This document shows, one piece after another, positions 50,801 to 62,800 of a stretch of DNA of 64,000 nucleotides. The DNA is taken from positions 6,624-70,623 of the forward strand of contig JAFUSR010000004.1 of the NCBI GenBank assembly GCA_017467585.1. Direction: 5' to 3'. Position numbers and translations under genes: made by a program. The first letter of the stretch is position 1. Every line of letters begins with the position of its first letter. The notes under the pieces were generated by a model. The model searched no databases and was not told where the DNA came from. It saw nothing but the letters and a program-made list of their open reading frames with translations. This DNA is from Clostridia bacterium. GTDB lineage: Bacteria > Bacillota > Clostridia > Christensenellales > UBA1242.

Positions 50801-53800
50801 TATGAATATGAATATTTGGTTGAACTTACATCTATTGCAAACACTGGTTTCCAAGAAGCAGTATGGTATAAGTCTTTTGACCCAGACACCAAAACTGGAG
50901 AACTTGCAGAAAACTTTGAAATAACAGCTCAAACAAACTTGGTTGCTGTGTTCTCTAGAAGAATTTATTCACTTTCTCTTGTAACAATGTGGCAAGAAAT
51001 TGCTGATGCAGTAAATGGCTCTTATGTTGTCTACACTCTTGGCGACCTTGTTTCAGGCAGTGGTGACTACAGATTTGGTCAAGCGGTTACTATTACCAAC
51101 CTAGACAAAACAGGCTTTACCTTTGAAGGTTTTTATGCAGATGAATTGATGCAAGGAGATGCTGTTTCTGTTGTTGGCTACACAATGCCAAGCGAGAACA
51201 CAGTTCTTTATGCAAAATATACAAGACAATCATTTGTTGTTACACTCGAAGCAGACAGGGGTATTGCAAGCGCAAACCTTTCAGAAACAATCGGTGTTAC
51301 CGAGGTTGAAGAGGGCGTTTCGTATGATGTGTTCTATGGTGTGACATTTGATGTTTTATTTGAGGTTAGAACAGGTTATGCAGAAACAGTGATAACCTTG
51401 TCTAACGACATCGAAAATCCAATTGAAATTGAAGATGGCGTAAACTCTTATGAAATTGCTTATAACTATTTGCAAGATATAACAATTTCAATTGAAACAG
51501 TTGCTCAAGACGTTGGTTATGTTGTTGAAGTTTATCTTCAAAACATGACAAGCACCGACAATAACAACTTTGTTAACAACTACACAAAATTTGGTGCAGA
51601 TCAAAGAGTTTCTGCCTACACCGACCAAACAGTTACAATTTCTGAAATCCTTGAATTGTTTGAAAGCGCAATCACAGGCTCAACATATTATGCATATAGC
51701 ATAAATGGTGCGTCAGAAATTCTTGTTTCAGCAGGACAAAACGATTCGTTTGTTGTTGCAGGAGAAGGAACAGATGTTGTTAAACTTTACACAATTAGAA
51801 ATGTTTATAGAGTTGAAGTTGCCGAAAGAGGCGATTTGGGCGGCGTTGGCTCGTTAAACATTGCAATTGCCGAGGGCGAGAACCTTGGATATATTGTAGA
51901 GAGTGGCGAAGGATATGCTGAGGTTCGTTATGGCTCAGAACTTACAATAACAATCGTGCTGAAGAGAGGATATAAGTTTGACGAAACAGCCCTTGTTTAT
52001 GAAGGCTTGGCTGATGCAACACACAATGTAACTGTTGAATCAGATGTTCAAACTGCACTATGCTCAACTGGCAGAGTAACTGCTGATGGAACAATTTCTA
52101 TTAATTCAGTTGCTAAACAATATACAATTGAATTTAATGCAAACAGCAATCCTGTTATAGACAGAATTGTTACTGGTGAAGTTGAGTCTCAAACCGCAAC
52201 AATTGGTCAAGAGCTAAAACTCAACAAAAATCAATTTGAAACTGATGGTTTCACATTCCTTGGCTGGTCAGAAATTTCAATGAGTACCATTGCAATTTTT
52301 GCAGATGAAGATACTGTCGATGTTGATAACATATTTGGTTTCTATACCAGTGTTGGTGAAAATGGAACACTTACACTTTATGCGGTATGGCAGGCTAAGA
52401 CAATCGCCGTTGAATATTACAACCAAGATGGCGAAAAGGTTGCTGAGGATGAATTTACATTCTCTAGAGATGCCGTTGCTGCAGAAGCTGCAAACAGAGT
52501 AGGTTTTGAATTTAACAATTGGGTTCTCTCTGTTGATGAGACATTTGTTCTTGGCTCTGGTGAAGAACTTTCAAGCACAAAAGTTAACAGACTTTATAGA
52601 CTTCTTGTTGAAAAGAATCAAACAAAAGCTGTGTTTAATGCTAGTTACACAGGCCTTAACATTGATATCAACATTCAACAATATGTTTTGAAATTAAATG
52701 GAATTAATGTTGAAGACAAGTCTTCAGCTGCAAGTTATCAACACATTTCAAGCGAAGTTGTTTATAACGAAACAAAAGCTGATGAAGACTTTATTTATAA
52801 CAACATTAAAAATTCTTCACAAATTGTGTTAGAAGGATTCACCCCTTATGCTTATCAGGCAAAAGATGGTTCATTTAAGACTTTTGCAAGTGCAGGTTCT
52901 AATAAGTTTAATCCTAACTTAGATGGTTCAGAAATCTTAATAATCTATTACACAAGAAATGCTTACACAATAACCGTTGTTCCAAACAATGGACTTTCAA
53001 CAAACCCAACATTTGATGCATATTATGGATCAAACCTTATTGCAAACATAAATGCACAAAACTTTGGATTTGTTAAAAATGGATATTCTCTTGTTGGTTA
53101 TAAATATAACGGAGAAGAGGTGGCTCAAGAAGCAACAGTTATTGCTGAGCCAATGGAAGTTTCTGCTGAGTGGGAAGCAGACACCTTTACAGTGTCTATA
53201 AGCGCCAATGGTGGAGTTCTTGTTGATTCAGAAGCACAAACAAGTTTTGTCGCAACATTTGACAATAATGATGGACTCACATTTGACACAGGTCTGTTTG
53301 AAAGAGTTGGCTATATCTTTGTTGGATATGGCAACACCCCAGATGCAGCCTTTGATTCAGTGTTTACTTCTGCAAACAAAGCCACGGTTAACTCTTGGTA
53401 TAACGAAGCAAATGTTGGTAAAGACGGAATAAAAGTTATCTATGCAATTTGGAGCGCTCGTTATTTCAACTTGAGCATTGCAAGTGGAGATGAGAACTCT
53501 TCAAGTGCTGCAACAATTGCGTTTACTTATGGTTCAACAACATTATCTCTTGACGAAGTGGCAAACAAACTTTATGTTCGCTATGGAAGCAACAAGATAT
53601 ACTTTGGAACAAACCTTGTTGACCAAAGAAATGCGGCAAATGAAATCGACTCAATTGAAGCAACCAGACATGGCTATACAATTGCTGGTTTTGCTGACAA
53701 TGGAACATTCTATATTAATGAAAGTGAAAACTTGCTTCTTGCAAACTATGCTCAAACAGAAGATTTATCTCTTGTTGCTGAGTGGATTGCGGAGACAAGA

Positions 53801-56800
53801 ATGTTGCAAGTTCTTGTTGACGCAAGAGTTGCAACAGTTGTGGCTGAACTGGGTGGATCAACCGTTGAACCATCTAGCGTAAGCAATAACATTTATACAT
53901 ATTCTGTTTACTACGAGGCAGAGGTGCTTGTTACTGCCACAACAGCAACAGGATATAGCTTTATTGCTGGCATAACCGGAGCGACATATTCAAACAACGA
54001 TAAACAAGTTGATGTTGAAATTGTAATACTTGATTCTAACAGCATTTCTCTTAGAACAGAAGCTGATACATTCTCAATTAAATATAACAGCAACAGAAGT
54101 GAATCTACAGTTGTTGTTCCTGATAACACAACTGCAATTTATGGATTGTCGTTAACACTTTCAACAAATGTTACAGGAAATGAGACTGTTCTTGGTTATC
54201 ACTTTGCTGGTTGGACCACTGAACAAGATGGCACAGAAATAATTTCTAACAACATTTCAGCTGAAACAGTTCAGGCGTGGTATGCCGAAACTGGAGTAGG
54301 AAAGGGCGGAATTAAGAATGTTTATGCCGTTTGGGAGGCAGATACCTTTACTGTTGAATTTAACACAGACGGTGGAAATAACTTGGATAGCATTACTGCA
54401 ACATATGGTGCAGATTCGTTTAATGCCGAATTGCCAAGCGCAACTAAACATGGTTACAACTTTACTCAATGGTATGCAGAAGCCGAGAAAGAAAACGTGA
54501 TTGCAGACGATGCAGAATCTATAACACGTTTGTATAACAAATATTTTGCGGCAGGCAAAGAAGGAGCCGTAACAATTTATGCCGCATATGAAGAGGCAAC
54601 CTTTAATGTTGGCTTTGATGCAGACCCAGTGTCAGCAGAATATGAAGACAAGACTCTCTCATATGGAAATGGCGCCGAAATTTATGTCGATGCAGAGCAA
54701 AACCCATCACGCCAAGGTTACGACTTTGTTGGCTGGACAGTGAATGGTGAAACTGTTATTTCTGCGCTCGACGCAAGTGATGGCTCAATTGATGCAGAAA
54801 CTGTTAATGCGCTTTATGACTTGTGGGAAGAATATAAAGATGCCGACGACCTTCTTATTCTTGTTGCAAGCTATACAGAACGTTATGATACAGAATATAA
54901 AATCACTGTTTTGGTTGACGACGCCGAAGGCACAAGCAATGTTCAATATCAAAACATAATTATTGCCACAGGCAGAACAAATGCTGAAATCACATTTGAA
55001 ACAGTTAGAGAGGTTGCCGAAAGACAATATCTTGAACTTGCAGACACAGACAAGTTTGTGATTGTTGATGGTTGGATTGATGCTTCTGCAACAATTGCTG
55101 CAGACAATTCTTCTGTTGCACGAATTAGATATCAACGCGCACGCAAGAGTGTTTCAGTTTCTGTTCAAACAGAAAACTTAGATGGAACATATGGCGAAGC
55201 TACAGAACCAGTTAGCACTGGCTCTGCTGCTGGTGAAGGCGGCTCAGTTTCTATCAACGGCAACCTGACTAAATATGGTGCAAAACTTAGTGATATTCTT
55301 TCTGCTAGTGCAAGTTCTGGTTATCAACTAGAAGGATATTACATAAACGGCGAAAGAGTTGTTGCTGGTTACACAATTTCTGGCGACGTTGCGGTTGTTG
55401 CAAGATTTGCCCGCAAAACATATTCAATCACTGTAATTCAACAGTATCAAACAGTTGAAGATGTTTTGTCTGGCACTTATTCAACCGATGCAGAACATGT
55501 TGCAGGAACAAGCGAAGTTACTGCTGAATATAAGTTCGGTGAATTGCTTTCTAATGTTGCTGTTACAAGAATGGTTAACCCTGGCTTTGAATATGTTGGT
55601 GCTCTCACTGCAGAAGGAGCTGCATTTACAAGCGCAGACGTTGTTGTTGACGGAACAAACACAATTATTGCAAGATTTGCAAGACAAACAGTTTCTGCAA
55701 CAATTTCTTATGACGGAACAATGGTTTCTGCCGAAGATATTAAAATTATTGGTTCTAACGCAAGACCAAATGACCATTCAATTGCAATTTCTAACGATGC
55801 GTTTACAATAATCTATGGCGAAGCTTACGTTCTTCAAATCAAAACAATCGCTGGTTATGTTGTTTCTGATGTTACAGTAAATGGTGATTCGGTTACCGTA
55901 ACCGATGTAACACCAGCTGGCGACACAACATTTATTAAATCTTACACAGTGTCAGAAACTGCTGGCACAGGCCTTAATATTGAAATTATTTCTGGGGCAA
56001 ACACAGAAGTAACTTATGTCATTCACTATATGACACAAGGTGTTGATGGTGCATATGTAGACTTTGAACAAGTAACTTACAACAATGGTATTACTGGTCA
56101 AACAAAATTAATTAGCACCTTCACAAGCGCAACCGAAGTTGCAAAAACAGAGGGACTTGCAGAGAAACTTGCAAGCAAAACATATCTTGGTTGGGCAAGA
56201 AATGCAACTTCTGCTGATAACCTCTCAAGAACAACAGCATTTGTTATTGCTGGTGATGGAACAACCGAAATCTATTTATATTACAAACAATTTACATTTA
56301 CAGTAAGCGCTTACGGCGAGGGCACAATCAGCCAAGCTCACCTTTATGGCGCAACTCCAAGAACAATCGAAAGCACAATTTCTGGTGCTAGTTCAATTTC
56401 AACACTATTCTACGAAGATAATGTTGTTCTTACAATCAATGTTGAACATGGTTACAAATTAACAGCTTTGAGCCTCAACGACATTGATGTTGATGTTCAA
56501 AGTGTTGTTGTGGTTCCAGACGGAACAAACACCTATGAACAATATAGATTTACATTCAATGTTGCAGATTATGCAACAGGCCTTGTTGATAACGATATTT
56601 TTGAAATTGTCAACACACTCGAAGCAAACATTTATACTGTTGAATTCTATGCATTTGATGCAGATAGTGAAGCAACACCACTTGCAACACAAAATATCAG
56701 TGTTGGTTCTACAGTAACTCTTACTGCCGGCGAAGACATAACTGGTCTTGCTATTGGAGGTTATGATTTTGCTGGTTGGGCAACCGCTGCAGGAAGCCGC

Positions 56801-59800
56801 ATTGGCAGCTACGCGTATGCTGATGGAGCAGAAGTTATCAACCTTTCACGTGAAGAAAACGGAATTGTTAAGTTGTATGCAAGATATACTGCGCAACAAT
56901 ATTCAGTAACATTTGATTATGACAACGGAACAGAAAACGAAGTTAAATATTATTCTGTTGACGAAACAACAAAAGAAATTGAACTTGGCTCTGCCGCAAA
57001 ATATGGTTACACATTTACCGGTTGGACACTTGTTACCGAAACAGATAGTGCAGAGATTGATTCAACTGGCTTGAAACTTTTGGTATCTGCAAACGCATAT
57101 CAAAACTACGAAGTTAAAGCATTATATACAGAAAACAAGGTTGTTGTAACCTATGATGGAAATTATGAAGGTGCAACAAGCACAACAATTGAATATAACT
57201 TTGATGATAGCCAAACAGACAGCTTCCCAGAATTTGTTCGTGGTGGATACGACTTTGTTGCTTGGCTTGATGACTCAGACGCAATCAATGAATTTAATAT
57301 TCACTCACTTTATGCTCGTGCTCTTGAAAAAGCAGGGGGTGTTGTAACAAACGGAAGAGTTTCCTTGTCGCTCAACGCAGAGTGGGAAGCTCGCAACGAC
57401 ACACCATTTAACATTTCACTTGTGTTCCCTAAGTTTGGAACCCCAGCTACACAAACAATTCAAATTTCTGGCTATGGCACAACAGATTCTGAAATAACCA
57501 TTTCTCTTGTTCAGGGCTTCATAACTGCCAACGCATCAGCAATTGAAACAGAACTTGGCGAACTCATGATTGGCTTTGAAATGGCTGCTGACACAGATTT
57601 TGGCGGCGCAACCATATCTGGAGAAGAAGTTGTCACTGTTGAAGTAGAGTACTTGCGCAAGCAATTCACATTGACACTTGTTGAAAAATATATGAACCTT
57701 TCTGGTGAATATGTTGTTGGAACCGAGGGTGGTTCGTTTGATCAAACACCAAACACTGTTCTCTACAACGCTTCACTCACCGAGCTTTTAGCAAACACAG
57801 CCGCAACAGGATTCACTCTTGCTGGCTTTGTTGACCACAAGGGAACAGAATATGCTGCAAACGCCGACATTCATATGCTTGCAGAAGACACAACAATCTA
57901 TGGATTGTTCGAAAGAAACACACACTCAGTAACATTTGCAAGCATTACACAAACTTATGCTGAGGCTCTTGCTGGAGGATACTCTCAAAACTGCGATGCG
58001 ACAAATGGTGGAACATTTGATGTTGTTGGTTCAGAAACATCAACAATTTCTAACGTGTTCTTTGGCACGCTTATTAGCAGCTTATATACCTATGAAGCTC
58101 ACTATGGCTTTGAATTTGCCGGCCTTTACGATGGCGAAACAAGACTTGCAGACGATGCAACTGTTGTTGATGCCGACAAGACCTACCAAATCAGATTTAA
58201 CAGACTTGTTATTGTTGTAAACGTTAACTACGACAGTGATTATATTAAGACTGTTACCATCACCGGTGATGGTGTTCAAGACCACACAGATGGCGGAAAC
58301 CAAGGTTCTCGCGCAAGAATTGGTTCTGGAATTTCTAGATTCTCTTCAGATGCAACAATGGCTGTTGCTAAGTTTGATGTTGCTTATGGAACAAGCGCAA
58401 CAATTACAATTGTTACACACAGCGGTTATCAACTTGAAAGCTTGAGCTTGAACGGCGTTCTTGTTAACCCAGACGAAATTCACGAAACTGGCGACTATCT
58501 TCAATATACTTACACTTACACATTTGATAACTTATATATTGACCTTGTTATTAACGCAAGCACAAAATCTTATGAATATACACCATATAAGATTTATGTT
58601 TATGAGCAACAACTTAATGGAACATATATTGAAACAATACACAAAGTTGTTGACGGGGAAGATGAATACATCGCTGAATATTACGAACTTGTTGGTCCAA
58701 CAGACTATAACGTAGTCATCAGCACATTGCAACAATATTCAGCTGCAAGGCCTGGCTATCACTTTGTTGGTTGGAAGTATACTGACAGTGCAACAGTGTT
58801 GACAAATATCAACAATGATGCCTCTGGTTCGTTCTCAATTAAAGGAAATGGCACATCGGTTGCTCAATTGTTCTTTGATAGAGATATTTATGATGTGACA
58901 TTTACTTATGCTGAAGATGCTTTGGCAGGAGTTTCTAATCCTCAAATTTCTGGCGAATATGGTGTGACTGCTTCTACAGTTATGTTTGGTGCAGCAGTTA
59001 CATTCTCTGCTACAGTTGCAGCAGGATATACACTGGGCTCAATTACTCCAAACTCAAGAGAACAAGTTGTTGCCTATGAAAACGGAAAAGCAGAATTTGT
59101 TGTTGAAACACTTGCTGCTGGTGCAACAAGCTATGTAATTCAAATTAACGCAACAGCAAACAAATATAATGTTTATTATCATTCGTTCGACCAAACAGCT
59201 TCAACAGAGGCTGGCAACTATGTTGCTCGTGATGAGTTTACTTATGCAAGAGCTCAAAACTTAAAAGCTTACAGCGAAATGCAAGCCGAGCTCGAAATTG
59301 ATGGATATGTGTTTAATGGTTGGGTAAATGCTGCTGATCACACAGCAACATCTAAACTTCTTGAAAGAACATATGCTGACGAACAATCAGTTGTTAGTCT
59401 TTCAACTGGCGAAGCTGTTCATTTGTGGGCAGTTTACCTTCCAAATTCTTACACGGTAACATATGTTTATGACAATGGAACAGCAAATCTTGTTGAAACA
59501 TATCAAACATCAGAAGACGACAGAACAATCAATTTGACCGCTCCAACAAAATATGGTTACACATTTGCTAACTGGACTCTTGCTGATGGCGACACAACTG
59601 CTTCAGTTGAAGGCTTGGTTCTCACAATCAACAGAGACACTGACGACAACCACACACTCACAGCAAACTACTTGGCAAACAAGGTTGTTGTGACCTATGA
59701 TGCAAGTTCTAAAAATGGTGTTGCTGGAACAGTTTCTCCTGTAAGCAAGGAATACACTTACGACAGCGCAGATGAAGAATCTTTCCCAACAGCAGCAATT

Positions 59801-62800
59801 GATGGTTACGATTTCAACGGTTGGGATGTGACTGTAGATGAAGTTACAACACTTTTAACCGATCTTGTTATTAACGACTTATACGACTACGCAATTGCTA
59901 GTGGTGCAACAGTAACAAACGGCAAAGTTGCTCTTACACTGGTTGCAAACTACACTGCAAGAACAGACACAAAATATAAAATTCAAGTTAAACTTCAAGA
60001 CTTAGATGTCCTTGAAACTGCAGAAACATATACTTTGGCTGCAGAAGTAGACGGCGAGGGAACAACCGACACGGATGTTACATATGCTAATGTTCTCAAC
60101 TTTGTTCTTGCTGATGAAGATGCCGCTGGCATGCTTACAGGATTTACTGTTGTTTCTGCAGGGGCATTTGCTGAAGACAACGCAAACCTCAACATTGCGG
60201 GCAACGGATCAACTGTTGTTGTTCTTAGATACACAAGAAACACATATACACTCACAATTGTTAACACAACAATGGGTCTAGATGGCGAATATGTTGAAAG
60301 CGACGAAGGCGGAATTCTTCCTTCGTTGGATGGGGAAACAACAAGACCTCTTACAATTCCATATGATGCAGTTTTGACAATTCTTGACGCTTCTCAAGGT
60401 GATGCTGAACCAGGATTCACATACAGAGGAATCTTTGATGCAGAAGGAACAGAATATACAGCTTCTAGCAAGATGCCAGCTAGAGACTTGACTGTTTATG
60501 CAAGATTCGAAAGAGATAAGTATACAATTACATTTGAAGGAAAAACACAAAGCGTTTCTGCGGCAGAGACTTCTACTTATGACATTAATGTTTCTGCAAC
60601 CGAAGGCGGTGAACTTTCTGTTTCAACAGTAAGCGATGTTTATTTTGGAACAATGGTTTATGATTTGGTTGAAATTACAACCTTTACTGGCTACACATAT
60701 GAAGGATTGTTTGACGAAGATGGGGATCTTGTTGCAAGTGATGCAACAATCACCGGCGAGACAACATATGTTGCAAGATTTACAAGAAACAAGATTTCAG
60801 TTTCTGTTTCTTATAACGCAAACTATATTACAGCTTCAACTGTTGATATTCTTGTTTTAGGATTGTCAACAAAAGACGGCAGTGTGTTTAAAGTTCCTTA
60901 TGGAGCAGAAGCAACACTTGTGTTTACAACTGTTTCTGGTTATATTTTGGATTCTGTTAAATTTAACGGAACCGATGAAACCATTGCAAATTCAGAAGTA
61001 ACTCCTAGCGCAAACAACTTGGTTTATGATTATGCTCATGAATTTGTAAACAACTATACCGAACTTGCAATTAACATCTTAACAAAGGGATATGAACATA
61101 CTCCATATAAAGTATACGTTTATGAACAACAATTAGATGGCTCATATTTGCAAGTAGACATTGACCAAACAACAGAGGGAACAACCGACAGCTCAGTTAT
61201 TGTAAGTTCTCTCGCAAAATATGGCGTTGCACACACAGGATTCCACTTTGCTGGTTGGAATTTGACGGGCGCAACAGCTTCTAGTGCTACATATAATTCA
61301 GACGCTCAAGGCACGTTCTTGATTTCTGGTGATGGCGAAAGATGCGTTTACTTATATTTCAACAGAGATGTTTATAACATTACATTCTCTTATAACGCCG
61401 CTGCTACAATCAGTGTGTCTAACCCTGTTCTTGCAGCAACAGCAGGATTGACTCAAGTTGATGGTGCATATCAAGTTATGTATGGAACAACATTGTCACT
61501 TACTGCAACTGTTTCTAGAGGATATACAATCACACAAATCAACCCTAATGCTCAAGGCGAAATTGATTATAACGCAGAGGGAACACAATTTGTTGTTTCA
61601 ACTCTTGCAAGTGGTGCAAATAACTATAACATTTTGATTGAGGCTCAGGCTAACACATATAATGTTAACTATCACAAATTTAACACAGCAGCTGTTCTTG
61701 AAACAGATGCAGTGGCATATGATCAAGATTATACACTTAGAGCATATGCTTCGTTTGTTGATGGAACAACAGAAATTCTTGCAATCGGTGGCTACACATT
61801 TGCAGGTTGGACAAGAGACAACTCTGGCTCTAAACTCACAGCAGCAACATATGGTGATGCTGAATCTGTTAAGAATCTTGGATATCAAGAAGGAGAAAGC
61901 GTAGACCTTTATCCTGTTTACACGGCCGGTTCATACACAATTACATATGTCTATAACAATGGTGCTGCAAATGCAGAAACAACTTATGCCGTTCAAGAAT
62001 CAGACAGAATAATCACTCTTGAAACACCAGTTAAATATGGTTACACATTCACAGAGTGGACTGCAGACAACACCACAGGTCTTACAATTTCTGGAAATCA
62101 AATTACTGTTGCTGCAGATCAATATGCAAACAGAATAATCACTGCAAATTATTATAAAAACACAGTTACTGTTACTTATGATGCAGGCTCTGGTAACATT
62201 GGTGGAAATCAAACAAAAGTTGTGACATATACTTATGACTCACAAACTCCATCAGATGAATTCCCAGTTGCAACTTACGATGGTTATATCTTTGTTGATT
62301 GGTCAGTAACTGTTGGTGGAGAAGCTAAGCACGAAACTTCTCTCAACATTAACAGACTCTATGACTATGCAATTTCTAATGGTGCAACAATAACAAATAG
62401 AAATGTTAATATCACACTTGTTGCTGTTTGGATACCAGATCCTAACACAGAATATACAATCAACGCTGTTCTTGCTGGTGTTGATCAAACTGTTGTTGAA
62501 CAAACAAAAACAACAACTGGTAAAGGTTTGACAGACTCAGACGTTGCTTATGCTGATGTTGTTGCCTTTGTTCAAGAGAACTTGGCTAGTGACATTGTTG
62601 GCTTTGAATTTGAATCACAATCAGCATTTGAAGCAAACAACACAAACAGAAACATTAATGGTAACAAGTCTACCGTTGTTACAATTCACCTTACAAGAAA
62701 GAGTTATACACTTACTGTAACCAACATGACAATGGGCCTTGATGGTGCATATACACAAAGCATTGTTGGTGGACAAGTAAATGGCTCTAATGGAGAAACA